IMG/VR virus record: IMGVR_UViG_3300025141_007995
Coordinates: 2,730 to 66,729 of that record
Length of the DNA: 64,000 bases
Strand: one strand, 5' to 3'
From: a virus
Positions 19,513 to 29,731 of the stretch are shown piece after piece (the first letter of the stretch is position 1; each line of letters begins with the position of its first letter). A model generated the notes under the pieces. The model was not told the DNA's origin. It was given only the letters and a program-made list of their open reading frames with translations, and did not search any database. The translations under genes and the position numbers were made by a program.

Positions 19513-20497
19513 TTTAGATAATGTAAAACCTTACATATTATCAGATAGAGTAATATCATCTGATATGATTTATTTAGATTGGAATGAAGGCTCAGCTATA
19601 CCTGATAAGATGTTAAAAAGAATAAAAGATAAGTTGACTGACTTACACCATTATTCAGATCCTTCCAATAACGAATTAAAAGAAGCTTTAGAATCTCATA
19701 CTGGAGTTGATAAAACATTTATAGAAGTCTTTAACGGTTCAGATTCAGCTTTAGATTATACATTTCGAGTATTATTAAATAGTAACGATAAAGTATGCAT
19801 ACCTTATCCTAATTATACTCAAGTAAATCAAACTATTACTTCATTAGGTTGTAGAGTTCTTAACTGCGATATTAGTACCTTAGAAGAGAATATTAGATCG
19901 TTTAAACCTAAAGTAGTTTATTTATCTGTTCCTAATAATCCTTTAGGTTATGTTTACAATACGTTACCTTTAGCAGAAAAATATCCTGGTACTTTTTTTA
20001 TAGTTGATGAAGCTTATGCTGAATTTTTTCCTAAATGTTCTATATTTGATCAAGCATATAAGTATGCTAACGTTATAGTAACAAGAACTTTTTCAAAAGG
20101 TTTTGGATTAGCTGGGATAAGGCTTGGATATCTGACAACTAATTCTTATATTATGAATAAGATTAGGTCTATTAATAACTTTAAACAGGTTAATACTTTA
20201 GCAGCTATAGCAGGAGTAGAAGCTTTAAAAGACTTTAAAAGTATACAATCTAATATTAATTTAACTAATAGAGTTAAGAAAATGTTTATAGGTATGCTTA
20301 AAGATTATAGAATAAGAGATAGTCATGCTAATTTTGTATTATTAGAGCATACCAGAGCTAAGGAAATAATAAATGAATTGAAGAGTTTAGGTATTTTAGT
20401 TAGAGATAGAAGTAAGTTTATTAATAATACAATGAGAATAACTATGGGTAGTGGAGCTGATATGCATCAAATAGCTGAGATTATAAAAAAATACTAA
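19502..20497 (+). CDS. PLP-dependent HisC/CobD-like aminotransferase or decarboxylase
   Basis: LDWNE, NGSD, PNNPLG, VDEAYAEF, RTFSKGFGLAGIRLGY. Confidence 0.88.
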   Translation: MNVNLDNVKPYILSDRVISSDMIYLDWNEGSAIPDKMLKRIKDKLTDLHHYSDPSNNELKEALESHTGVDKTFIEVFNGSDSALDYTFRVLLNSNDKVCIPYPNYTQVNQTITSLGCRVLNCDISTLEENIRSFKPKVVYLSVPNNPLGYVYNTLPLAEKYPGTFFIVDEAYAEFFPKCSIFDQAYKYANVIVTRTFSKGFGLAGIRLGYLTTNSYIMNKIRSINNFKQVNTLAAIAGVEALKDFKSIQSNINLTNRVKKMFIGMLKDYRIRDSHANFVLLEHTRAKEIINELKSLGILVRDRSKFINNTMRITMGSGADMHQIAEIIKKY

Positions 20498-21777
20498 TGA
20501 AAAAAAATATATCATTTATAGGATTAGGTAAGCTAGGTTTACCTCTTGCTACTAATTTTGCTAAGAACGGACATAATGTATTAGCAATAGATAAAAATCA
20601 AAAATTAATAGAGTTTGTAAATGGAAGAGAAGCACCTTGGTACGAAGTAGGATTAGAAGATAATCTTTCTGCTGCAGAACCTTATATAAAATACTCTACT
20701 GGGTATAAAGGTTTAGGTAAAACAGATATAACTATTATACTAGTTAATACTCCTTCCGTAAAGAAAGATGGATCGTTTTCTAATTTATATATTGAACAAT
20801 CTATTTACTCTATTTGTGAGGAGTTAAATAATGTTGGAAAGAAAGAGCATCATATTATCTTATCTTCTACTGTTATGCCTGGTTCTATTAATAATGACTT
20901 TATTCCTTTAATAAAATCTTTAACTAATTGTAAGGTTAGTTTTAGTTATGTACCTGACTTTGTAGCTATAGGTCAAGTTATAAAAGACTTTGAGAACCCA
21001 GATTTTCTTCTAATAGGTAGCGATACAAAAAAGTCATCTACATTAACTAAAAAGTTATACAAGACTATAATTAAGTCTAAACCTCCTATTAAAGAATTAA
21101 CTTTAGCTGAAGCAGAACTATGTAAAGTTTCTTTAAACGCATACATTACTACTAAAATATCTTTTGCTAACTATTTAGGTACTTTAGCTAGTAAATTAGA
21201 TCCGAATATTAATGTAGATAATATTACTGATACAATAGGATTAGATGTTAGAATAGGAACTAAATACTTTAGATCAGGAGGTCCTTATGGAGGTACTTGT
21301 TTTCCTAGAGATACTTGGGCATTTGCAAAGGTATCTGAAAAGGTAGGTTTAAAATCTCATCAAATGTATGCTAATGAAGAAATTAATAATCAAACAGATA
21401 GAGAAATATACGATAAGATAATGGTAAGAAATTCTCCTACCATAGGATTAGTAGGACTAGGATTTAAACCTGGTACTCCAGTTATCACTGAAGGTATAGC
21501 TACTAAGTTTTTAAATAGAATTAAAAATTTTCAATGCCAAGTTTACTTATACGATAGATATTCAGATGCTATTGACGATATTATTAAAGAACATCCTGAT
21601 ATAGACTTTGTAGATTGTAGAGTAAATAATTATAAAATAGTTGATATTATTAGTGCTTGTGATTCTATAGCGTTCTGTAACGGAGATAAAGCTTACTTAG
21701 ATAAAGAGCATTTTGATGGTGTAGATATGTTTGAAATTAATACTAAAAATATAGTAGACCCCTGGAGAGTATTATGA
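20497..21777 (+). CDS. UDP-glucose/GDP-mannose dehydrogenase family protein (full length)
   Basis: GLGKLGLP, VNTPS, STVMPG, AELCK, YGGTCFPRD, GLGFKPGT. Confidence 0.9.
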   Translation: MKKNISFIGLGKLGLPLATNFAKNGHNVLAIDKNQKLIEFVNGREAPWYEVGLEDNLSAAEPYIKYSTGYKGLGKTDITIILVNTPSVKKDGSFSNLYIEQSIYSICEELNNVGKKEHHIILSSTVMPGSINNDFIPLIKSLTNCKVSFSYVPDFVAIGQVIKDFENPDFLLIGSDTKKSSTLTKKLYKTIIKSKPPIKELTLAEAELCKVSLNAYITTKISFANYLGTLASKLDPNINVDNITDTIGLDVRIGTKYFRSGGPYGGTCFPRDTWAFAKVSEKVGLKSHQMYANEEINNQTDREIYDKIMVRNSPTIGLVGLGFKPGTPVITEGIATKFLNRIKNFQCQVYLYDRYSDAIDDIIKEHPDIDFVDCRVNNYKIVDIISACDSIAFCNGDKAYLDKEHFDGVDMFEINTKNIVDPWRVL

Positions 21778-22814
21778 AGGTACTATTTGCAAAACAACAA
21801 CTAGATTTAGTAGGACCAAGACAATCATTTGCATATGCTGATGATCATGAGTTAGAAATACTAAGAGGGTTTCAAGGTAAGGTTTCTTTATGGGAAATGT
21901 TATGTGCTTTAAAAGCTGACTTTCTTATAACTCCTACCTTAGTACAAGCACCTTGGTTAAGTACTTTATTAGCTCAACCTGGGTATAAAGATACTATGCA
22001 AAAAACAACTTCGCAAGTTATTAATCCTAATGAATTTGATTTTGGAGCATACGATGTAGTTATTACTCATGATTCATTCTTAGGATTACAAATAGATGCA
22101 TTAAAAGCAAAGTTTCCTAAAACAGTTTTTGCATATCTATTAGCAGAACATTCTAGTTGGCAAATGCACAGGATAGGTTATAAGTATGATTTATATTTAG
22201 ACCATACTTTAGAATCAGTAGATGATGTTGTAAGATTACCTCAAGCAGTTAACTTTTTATTTCCTAGAATACCTGATAGAGTTAGAGAGTTATTCTATCA
22301 AGAAAGAACATCAGTATTTTTAGACTATAGGTCGTTAGGTTATTTTATAGGTAATGGTTCTAATAATTTTTTACTTACAGAAGATAAAGTTAATAAATTT
22401 TATGATAACCTTAAATTTAATTTACCATTAGAGAAAATTAGTAATGTATCTATGAAACCTTTTATGTTTGATGAGGTTTATAATAATGATTCAATAGAGT
22501 ACTATAGTAAATTATGTAGAACTAAATACTTTGTTTCTATTGCTAATAGAGTTGGTCAAGCAGCATTTGATGCAGCTTCTGCTAATTGTATAGTATTTGG
22601 TAATTCTAAATCTAAACTTCATAAACTTTTATGTCATCCTTTTACTTTAATGGATGAAGAAATAAAAATAGAACATATTAAAAATAAAATAGATACGTTA
22701 GAAAATGATCCAAAACTATGTATGGAGATATTAGATAAGCAGAATGAATATTTATTAAAGACATGCGTAGAACATCCTAAAAATGTATTTAAAAAATCTT
22801 TAGAATTAAAATGA
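21774..22814 (+). CDS. Putative glycosyltransferase-like protein
   Basis: Cluster context; C-terminal YYSKL..KYFV..GQAAFDAASA..IVFG resembles a GT-B donor region. Confidence 0.5.
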   Translation: MKVLFAKQQLDLVGPRQSFAYADDHELEILRGFQGKVSLWEMLCALKADFLITPTLVQAPWLSTLLAQPGYKDTMQKTTSQVINPNEFDFGAYDVVITHDSFLGLQIDALKAKFPKTVFAYLLAEHSSWQMHRIGYKYDLYLDHTLESVDDVVRLPQAVNFLFPRIPDRVRELFYQERTSVFLDYRSLGYFIGNGSNNFLLTEDKVNKFYDNLKFNLPLEKISNVSMKPFMFDEVYNNDSIEYYSKLCRTKYFVSIANRVGQAAFDAASANCIVFGNSKSKLHKLLCHPFTLMDEEIKIEHIKNKIDTLENDPKLCMEILDKQNEYLLKTCVEHPKNVFKKSLELK

Positions 22815-23239
22815 AAAAAGGAGTTATAGCAGGTAACTTTGATGTAATGCATCCAGGTTATATAAAAATGTTTAAAGAGTGTGCTGAGAATTGTGATTGT
22901 TTAATAGTACTTTTACATTCAGATCCTTCTATAGAAAGGCCTCATAAACTTAAACCTATTTTATCTACTAAAGAAAGAAGAGAGATGCTATCTGAGTTAA
23001 AATCTGTATGTGATGTATTTGAATATAATTATGAAGCTCAACTTTATGATTTACTTCAAGTAGGAGAGTTTGATATTAGATTTTTAGGTAGTGATTATAT
23101 TAATAAACCTTTTACTGGTGATGATTTAAAAATACCTATTCATTATTTAGATAGATCACATGGATGGTCTACTACTAGATTTAAAGAAGAAATAACTAGA
23201 CAGGTTTACGAACAAAATAAATTATCAAAATACTTATGA
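22811..23239 (+). CDS. TagD-like cytidylyltransferase
   Basis: GNFDVMHPGY, ERREML, GSDY, RSHGWSTT. Confidence 0.85.
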   Translation: MKKGVIAGNFDVMHPGYIKMFKECAENCDCLIVLLHSDPSIERPHKLKPILSTKERREMLSELKSVCDVFEYNYEAQLYDLLQVGEFDIRFLGSDYINKPFTGDDLKIPIHYLDRSHGWSTTRFKEEITRQVYEQNKLSKYL

Positions 23240-24087
23240 AAATATTAGTAACAGGAGGTGCCGGAGGAGTTGGTACTAACCTTATAGAGAAATTATTAGA
23301 ATTAGGTCACGAAGTAACCAGTTGGGATAACTACTCTGCTGGATTAGAATCTAATCATATAAAAGGAGCAACATATATTAACAGAGATACTAGAGAAATG
23401 TCTTACGGATCAGGTCCTGGGACTATAAAAGGATTTGATTTAGTATACCATTTAGGAGAGTATTCAAAAGTAGTTCCATCATTCGATATACCAGAATTAG
23501 CCTTTAGGTATAATTTAGATGGTAGTATGAGAGTTTTAGAATCTTGTAGACATGAAAACATACCAGTTGTATATGCAGGTTCTTCTACTAAACTATCTCA
23601 TCCTGGTGAGTTAGGATCACCTTATGCTTTATATAAGTCTACTGTAGCTAAATTATTTCAATGCTATGGTGACTGGTATGATTTAAAATATAATACCTGT
23701 TACTTCTATAATGTTTATGGTCCTAGAACCGAAACTTGGGCTAATGAATGGCAAACAGTTATTAATATATTTAGAGACCAAAAGAAAGCAGGAAAAAATT
23801 TAACTATTACAGGAGATGGAACTCAAAAAAGAGATTTTACTCATGTAGAAGATATAGTTCAAGGTTTAATATTAGCAGGAGAAAATATTAACAATGAAGA
23901 GTATCAGTTAGGAACAGGAGAAGAGTTTAGTATTTTAGAAATAGCTAAAGCATTTGATCATCCTCATGAATTTATAGATCCTAGACCGGGGGATAGACCC
24001 AACGGTTTAGCAGATATTAGTTCTACAAAAGAACGTTTAGGATATGAGCCTAAGCATAAAATAATGGATTATATAAAAAATATATGA
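23236..24087 (+). CDS. NAD-dependent sugar epimerase/dehydratase
   Basis: TGGAGGVG, YALYK, YNVYGP, GDGTQKRDFTHVED. Confidence 0.9.
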   Translation: MKILVTGGAGGVGTNLIEKLLELGHEVTSWDNYSAGLESNHIKGATYINRDTREMSYGSGPGTIKGFDLVYHLGEYSKVVPSFDIPELAFRYNLDGSMRVLESCRHENIPVVYAGSSTKLSHPGELGSPYALYKSTVAKLFQCYGDWYDLKYNTCYFYNVYGPRTETWANEWQTVINIFRDQKKAGKNLTITGDGTQKRDFTHVEDIVQGLILAGENINNEEYQLGTGEEFSILEIAKAFDHPHEFIDPRPGDRPNGLADISSTKERLGYEPKHKIMDYIKNI

Positions 24088-25031
24088 AAATAGCTTATAT
24101 AAGTGAAATGGGTAATAGAGGTCAAATATCTCGAGTAGGTAGAGATTTTGATATGATGAGAACTGAATGGTCTTGGCCTTGTGCATTAGAAGCTGATCTA
24201 TTTCCTTTTGATACAGAACCTCAGGGCATTATGTACGATTTAGGATTAGTAATACTTCCTAAACAACATTTACATTTATGGAGAAATAGTAACTTCTTTG
24301 ATAGAGCTAAAAAATTCTGTAAGAAGATAGCTATAATGCAAGAAGGTCCTCACTGGTGCTTCCAAGATTATAAACTTGAAGATCAGATTTGGTACTATAA
24401 TAGTTTAAAAAATGCAGATATATTATACGTACATAATAAATTAGATATAGAATATTATAGAGGAATTACAGACCATAAAGATATAAGAATACTTCCTTCT
24501 CTAATGGTAACAGATAGAGTAGAGAATTTACCTGAAGTAGAAAGAGACGGTGTAATGATAGGAGGTAATTTTGTAAGCTGGTATGGAGGATTTGATTCGT
24601 ATATGGTAGCTAAAAGTATAGATGAAACCATCTACTCTCCTCAGATGGGTAGAAGACAGGAAGGAGAAGAGCAGTTAGGAATTAATCAACTACCTTATAT
24701 GAGTTGGGTAGATTGGATTAAAGCTTTAAATAATAGAAAATATGGCATTCATTTAATGAGAACTCATGCAGCTGGAACATTTGCTCTTAATTGTGCATTT
24801 TTAGGTATACCTTGTATAGGGTATAGAGGATTAGACACTCAAGAAATATGTCATCCTCAATTATCGATTGAAATAGGAGAAATAGAAAAAGCTAAAGAAA
24901 TGCTTGGAAATCTGAAAAATAATTCGTATTTTTATAAAGAGTGTTCAGAGCAAGCAAAAGAGAATTATAAAAAATATTATCATGAAGATATCTTTAATAC
25001 AACCTTCAAGAAACAATTTAAAATATCTTAA
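24084..25031 (+). CDS. Putative GT-B glycosyltransferase
   Basis: AAGTFALNCAFLGIPCIG donor-site-like segment; cluster context. Confidence 0.6.
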   Translation: MKIAYISEMGNRGQISRVGRDFDMMRTEWSWPCALEADLFPFDTEPQGIMYDLGLVILPKQHLHLWRNSNFFDRAKKFCKKIAIMQEGPHWCFQDYKLEDQIWYYNSLKNADILYVHNKLDIEYYRGITDHKDIRILPSLMVTDRVENLPEVERDGVMIGGNFVSWYGGFDSYMVAKSIDETIYSPQMGRRQEGEEQLGINQLPYMSWVDWIKALNNRKYGIHLMRTHAAGTFALNCAFLGIPCIGYRGLDTQEICHPQLSIEIGEIEKAKEMLGNLKNNSYFYKECSEQAKENYKKYYHEDIFNTTFKKQFKIS

Positions 25032-26157
25032 ATGGTCTTACGATTCTATTAGAAAGAATCAAGGAGATCATGAGGTACAAATATGTGTAGCGGACGATGC
25101 TTCTTCTGATGGTACTTCTGAATGGTGTAAACAAATTGCAAAAGAAGATAAACTATTTAAATTTATTAGAAACGAAGGTCCTGAAAGGTTAGGTCATACA
25201 ATTCTATATGACACTTTGATTAATGAAGTAGCTACATTTGACATTGCTATGATTTATCATGCAGATATGTACTTATGTCCTGAAGCTTTAGATTATGTAG
25301 AAAAATTAATTGAACCTAAAGTTATAGTATCTTTAACAAGAATAGAACCTCCAATGCATCCTGATGGACCTGAAAAAGTACTATTAGCTTGTGGAGAAGA
25401 ACCAGAAAGATTTAGAGAGCAAGCAGTATTAAATTATGTATTTAAAAATACTGATAGAGATAAAGTAACAGAAGGTATATTTGCTCCATGGGCTTTTTAT
25501 AGGAAAGACTTCCAAGAGATAGGAGGACATGATCCTTTATATGCTCCTCAATCGAAAGAAGATACTGATATATTTAACAGATTTCAGTTAAATGGAGTTA
25601 AATTTAAACAAACATGGGGAGGTTTTGTATACCATATGACATGTAGAGGTAGTAGAAGAAATGTATTAGATGCTGCTAAAAATATACACGAAGATAGTCC
25701 TGAATGGTCAGCTCAGAATATGAGATCTACTCGTAACTTTATACGTAAATGGGGTCATTTTTGTAAACATGATACATTAATGAAGCCTATTATACCTCCT
25801 AAGTACAATATTAGATTTAATCTTACTAATACTACTTTGGATAAATTACATATGTTAGAACCTTGGTGTGATAACTTAGATACAGATATTTCCACAGAAG
25901 AATTAGACAGATATATAAAAGCAGAACAAAAAAATACTATAATTGATTTAAAGCCTAAGTTTAATTATAATAGAAATAGTGATATCACAGTTAATATAGA
26001 TTGTAATACTTTCACTAATGAAGACTTTATTAACTTATCTAGAATGTCTCAAATTATAAAAGATAGTGGAGCAGTAGGAGAGTTTAATTTAGGTAATCTA
26101 TTTATTAATATAGTAAGAGTTAAAGAATATACAGATAATTTAATTAAGTTAAAATGA
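24982..26157 (+). CDS. GT2-family glycosyltransferase
   Basis: ISLIQPSRN, VADDASSDGT, HADM, IGGHD..EDTD. Confidence 0.85.
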   Translation: MKISLIQPSRNNLKYLKWSYDSIRKNQGDHEVQICVADDASSDGTSEWCKQIAKEDKLFKFIRNEGPERLGHTILYDTLINEVATFDIAMIYHADMYLCPEALDYVEKLIEPKVIVSLTRIEPPMHPDGPEKVLLACGEEPERFREQAVLNYVFKNTDRDKVTEGIFAPWAFYRKDFQEIGGHDPLYAPQSKEDTDIFNRFQLNGVKFKQTWGGFVYHMTCRGSRRNVLDAAKNIHEDSPEWSAQNMRSTRNFIRKWGHFCKHDTLMKPIIPPKYNIRFNLTNTTLDKLHMLEPWCDNLDTDISTEELDRYIKAEQKNTIIDLKPKFNYNRNSDITVNIDCNTFTNEDFINLSRMSQIIKDSGAVGEFNLGNLFINIVRVKEYTDNLIKLK

Positions 26158-26339
26158 CAAAAAAGTATTTAGTAGAGTTTACTCATCAATCAGGACAAGT
26201 AGAACAAGTAGAGTTAGTTACTGACAAAATAGAGTGGTCAATTAACCAATGGTGTAGAAATAGAGCTATAGTTAAACATGAAATTGTAGCAACTATTAAT
26301 GAGTATACAAATAATGACAACAAAATGCTTTTTGGCTAA
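26154..26339 (+). CDS. Hypothetical protein
   Basis: 61-aa coupled ORF. Confidence 0.6.
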   Translation: MTKKYLVEFTHQSGQVEQVELVTDKIEWSINQWCRNRAIVKHEIVATINEYTNNDNKMLFG

Positions 26340-26351
26340 CTATTTATTAAT

Positions 26352-26726
26352 ATGAAACTAGAAAATTTAGTACAACAAATTACAGAAGCAGCTAAAATTA
26401 ACTTCGCTGGTCATCAATTTATTTTAAAAGTAGATACTAACGAAGATCCTCAAAAGAAAGGTGTTAAAGTACAGTTCATTCCTACCGAATTTGGTTCTAT
26501 CTCAGCAACTGAGCAAAATGATATTGCTATTGAATTAGAAGAAAGACTTGAACAAGGTCTATCAGAATATGATTTAAGAGTAGAAAGAGATAGAAACTTG
26601 AAAGATAAAACTATTATAGGATTCTTTATTTATATAGAGTACTTTGATAGAATTATTAGAAAGGCACTATCAGGCCAGAACCCAGATTTAGACGAACCAG
26701 TACAGGATATACCAGGAGATGAATAA
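26352..26726 (+). CDS. Hypothetical protein, possibly late/virion
   Basis: CTATTTAT motif upstream; MKLENLVQQITEA N-terminus. Confidence 0.65.
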   Translation: MKLENLVQQITEAAKINFAGHQFILKVDTNEDPQKKGVKVQFIPTEFGSISATEQNDIAIELEERLEQGLSEYDLRVERDRNLKDKTIIGFFIYIEYFDRIIRKALSGQNPDLDEPVQDIPGDE

Positions 26727-27120
26727 ACACAAAGCTTCACTTAGGCAGACATTATTTTCAATACATAAAGTTCCTTTTAGAATAAAGGAAAAACAACTTG
26801 ATAAAACCTCTGTTAATCAAAAGCTATTCTTTGACTTTTTACAGTCAATGCAAAGGATAGAAATAAGAAGAGAGAAGTTATTAGATATAGGATTAGACGT
26901 AACTGGGTATGAAGATATGTTCTTCCAGGTAATAGAAAGTCTACTTAATTTAACTTTCAATAAAAAACAACTACAATTACTTCATACTTATCTGTATGAA
27001 TTATCTCCAAATCCAGAATGGGACGGTACTATTAGTTTAAAAGTAGGAGAAAAAGAAGAAAAAACAGTAAACTTTAAAACTCCTAAAGAAGTATGGGATG
27101 TTTTGCAGAAACTAGGTTAA
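26719..27120 (+). CDS. Hypothetical protein
   Basis: 133-aa ORF. Confidence 0.65.
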   Translation: MNKHKASLRQTLFSIHKVPFRIKEKQLDKTSVNQKLFFDFLQSMQRIEIRREKLLDIGLDVTGYEDMFFQVIESLLNLTFNKKQLQLLHTYLYELSPNPEWDGTISLKVGEKEEKTVNFKTPKEVWDVLQKLG

Positions 27121-27180
27121 AAAGTTGCTATTCCGAGTTTTTCTTCTTATATTTATATCTAATTAAAACGGTTATACTAT

Positions 27181-27591
27181 ATGAAAAAATTAAAAATGAT
27201 TACCTGCCCTAGATGTGGCGAAAACTTCCCTGAACTTAGAAAAACTCAATACGGATACAATTTCTGTGTCAACTGCTCTGATGTAGAATCAGTTGTCGGT
27301 ATTACTACTGTAGAAGGTAGTGGTGACCATACTTATAATGATATTATTATTATGGATAGAAAAAAAGCTTTATCTATTGCTAGAAAAGAAGCAGAGCTAA
27401 AAGGTAAGAAGTTTGATCCCGGAGTAGAAGTACAAGATTTTGAAAAAGACGAAGGACCTGTAACTCAATCGTTGAAAGAAGGAATAAGTGCTTCTCTTAA
27501 TCCATCAGATGAAACTAATCTTAAGTTCCCAGAATATGATACTTATGATCCAAATGCTGAACCTGAAGGTATAGAAGGAATAGATTACTAA
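27181..27591 (+). CDS. C4 zinc-finger protein (DksA/TraR-like finger) with acidic tail
   Basis: CPRCG..PELR...YNFCVNC. Confidence 0.65.
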   Translation: MKKLKMITCPRCGENFPELRKTQYGYNFCVNCSDVESVVGITTVEGSGDHTYNDIIIMDRKKALSIARKEAELKGKKFDPGVEVQDFEKDEGPVTQSLKEGISASLNPSDETNLKFPEYDTYDPNAEPEGIEGIDY

Positions 27592-28220
27592 TGGCACGAC
27601 CAAGTAAAATACTTACCAAAGAAGATATACTAAGAGCACAAAAGATGACTAGGTCTAATTTTGCAGCTGCTAGATATTTACATGTCTCTTATAATCATTA
27701 TAAAAAGTACGCTAAAATGTACAAAGATGATGATGGTAATAGTTTACTTGTAGCTCATATGAATCAAGCTGGTAAAGGTATTCCTAAATTCTTATCTAAT
27801 AAAGGAAAAGAACCACCATTGATGGATCTTTTAGAAGGTAGGATACCTATAGAACATTTTGATGCTCAGAAAGTAAAGCAGAGAATTATTCAAGAATGTT
27901 TATTAGAAGAAAAATGTGCCAAATGTGACTTTATGGAAAGAAGAGTTCATGATACGAAAGTACCAATAGTCTTAACTCATAAAGATAGAAATAGAAAGAA
28001 CTGGAGATTAGATAATTTAGAATTTCTATGCTATAATTGTGCATTTTTATACTATGCTGATCCTATAACTGAACAACAAGTTCAGGCAATGGAAGATTAT
28101 GTAGATAAATCAAAAGAAGAATTCAACTGGGAGATGGATCAACATCATATAGACCACTTAAAAGAATTAGGACTATATGAAGAAGAGAAACCAGGTGATG
28201 AATTTATAGAAAGGTTATAA
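27591..28220 (+). CDS. HTH plus HNH-like nuclease domain protein
   Basis: AAARYLHVSY HTH-like; CAKC..HKDRNRKNWRLDNLEFLCYNC. Confidence 0.7.
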   Translation: MARPSKILTKEDILRAQKMTRSNFAAARYLHVSYNHYKKYAKMYKDDDGNSLLVAHMNQAGKGIPKFLSNKGKEPPLMDLLEGRIPIEHFDAQKVKQRIIQECLLEEKCAKCDFMERRVHDTKVPIVLTHKDRNRKNWRLDNLEFLCYNCAFLYYADPITEQQVQAMEDYVDKSKEEFNWEMDQHHIDHLKELGLYEEEKPGDEFIERL

Positions 28221-28232
28221 CTATTTATCAAT

Positions 28233-28382
28233 ATGAAAACTAATAAAAATAAAAAGTTTTCTACGTTTAAAAGACGTAAATCTCACGAAAGAAAAGTTGC
28301 TGACGACCTAGTAAAGCAACACGAGCGAAACGAAAAGTTACGTGAAAAAGAGATAGGAAAGAATTTTCTAGATCTCTTCTAA
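28233..28382 (+). CDS. Small basic protein (49 aa, not in ORF track)
   Basis: MKTNKNKKFSTFKRRKSHERK...; CTATTTAT immediately upstream. Confidence 0.6.
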   Translation: MKTNKNKKFSTFKRRKSHERKVADDLVKQHERNEKLREKEIGKNFLDLF

Positions 28383-28402
28383 GTTTAATTTAATTTTATT
28401 TT

Positions 28403-28996
28403 ATGAAAAAAATCTCAACAATAACTATGTTAGTATTTGCAGTTAGTATATTTTCATTATTTGCAAATTCAACTTTATATATTCCCTACACTAAATCAGT
28501 ATTAAATTCTTTAAAACCTTTACCTGTAGTTGAATTAGAAATAGAAATAGAAGAAGTAGAGGTAAAGATAGAAGTAAAAGATCATAAAGCATTTTTAGAT
28601 GCTATGGGGATGAGAGAATCATCTAATAATTATTTAGCGGTTAATTCATATGGATATATAGGTAGATACCAATTTGGTAAAGCTACTTTAAAATCGTTAA
28701 ATATTAAAACTACTCAAGCAGAGTTTCTTAGTAATCCAGAACTACAAGAGTTTGCTATGAATGAATTATTAACCGATAATAAAAAGAGGTTAAAAAAATA
28801 TATAAGAAATTACGAAGGAGAAACTGTACATGGAGTATATATTACAGAATCAGGTATACTTGCAGCTGCTCATTTAGCAGGAGTAGGAAACGTTCGTAAA
28901 TTTTTTAGAAAAGGTTATGAATTTAAAGATGGTTATGGTACTAAAATGACAACTTATATGAATAACTTCTCTGGGTATAATTTGGATATATTATAA
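28403..28996 (+). CDS. Lysozyme-like / lytic transglycosylase with N-terminal signal or anchor
   Basis: MRESSNNY..NSYGYIGRYQFG, LAAAHLAG.G. Confidence 0.75.
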   Translation: MKKISTITMLVFAVSIFSLFANSTLYIPYTKSVLNSLKPLPVVELEIEIEEVEVKIEVKDHKAFLDAMGMRESSNNYLAVNSYGYIGRYQFGKATLKSLNIKTTQAEFLSNPELQEFAMNELLTDNKKRLKKYIRNYEGETVHGVYITESGILAAAHLAGVGNVRKFFRKGYEFKDGYGTKMTTYMNNFSGYNLDIL

Positions 28997-29017
28997 ATTT
29001 TTACTATATTATAGTAT

Positions 29018-29314
29018 ATGATAAAGTTACATTTTGAAACTACTGTTGAGTTTGAAAAGTTATTTCGTTCTAAGACTAAAGAAATAACTGATGGTATGGT
29101 AAGTGGAATAGAAAGAGCTATGAATACGAATAAAAAGATAGCTTTTCTATTTGAAATCACCTTTACTAATGGAGATCATGCTTACGAAATTACTTTGTCA
29201 TCTCACTTATGGGCTGATGCTCTTGATAGCTGTTTAGCTTATTATCATGCCGAAGGACATTCTGATGAAGCTATAGATTGCTGGAAATTATTAGAATGTG
29301 CTAAAGTATGGTAA
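29018..29314 (+). CDS. Hypothetical protein
   Basis: 98-aa ORF after a promoter motif. Confidence 0.7.
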   Translation: MIKLHFETTVEFEKLFRSKTKEITDGMVSGIERAMNTNKKIAFLFEITFTNGDHAYEITLSSHLWADALDSCLAYYHAEGHSDEAIDCWKLLECAKVW

Positions 29315-29481
29315 ACCCTTTTGAGGAATTATTTGTAGAACCTAGAACATGGAAATTTAAATCCTCTAGTTCTAATAAAGAGTACACTGTAACAGAAGGA
29401 AGATGGTTATACTGTGATTGTTGGGGGTATATTGCTCATAGGAATTGTAAACATATAAAAGAAGTAAAAGAAAAGTTATGA
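29308..29481 (+). CDS. SWIM zinc-finger protein (57 aa, not in ORF track)
   Basis: SSSSNKEYTV..CDC....HRNCKH, matching the SWIM CxC..CKH pattern. Confidence 0.8.
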   Translation: MVNPFEELFVEPRTWKFKSSSSNKEYTVTEGRWLYCDCWGYIAHRNCKHIKEVKEKL

Positions 29482-29654
29482 GTTTAAATTTTAATGATGA
29501 TAGTTTTTGGGAGTTAGCACTTAACATCAGATGGCCTCACGAAGGTATAATATTAGGTTATGAGCTAATACCAGCTGATGATATATGTGATTATGTAACG
29601 ATTAAAGTACATTTATTGTTCGTTACTATCCTTATAGAATATGGAAATATTTAG
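29478..29654 (+). CDS. Small beta-rich protein (58 aa, not in ORF track)
   Basis: MSLNFNDDSFWELALNIRWPHEGIILGYELIPADDICDYVTIKVHLLFVTILIEYGNI; ATGA-coupled. Confidence 0.6.
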   Translation: MSLNFNDDSFWELALNIRWPHEGIILGYELIPADDICDYVTIKVHLLFVTILIEYGNI

Positions 29655-29663
29655 AAAATAACT

Positions 29664-29731
29664 GTGAAAACAGTTGGTAGTCTGAGATATTCTTCTTATA
29701 TTAAGGTATAATATTAAAAATAAAGGTTATG
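29664..29731 (+). promoter_or_regulatory. Early promoter-leader cassette (Bacteroidota-like -33 TTG / -7 TATATT)
   Basis: AGTTG-N20-TATATTAAGGTATA..AAATAAAGGTTATG, repeated at several loci. Confidence 0.75.

Noticed and set aside
19502-20497. hisC as a histidine-biosynthesis auxiliary gene (and paaK for 18184)
   Set aside because: No other pathway genes are present and both are embedded in a glycan cluster, so symbols were withheld
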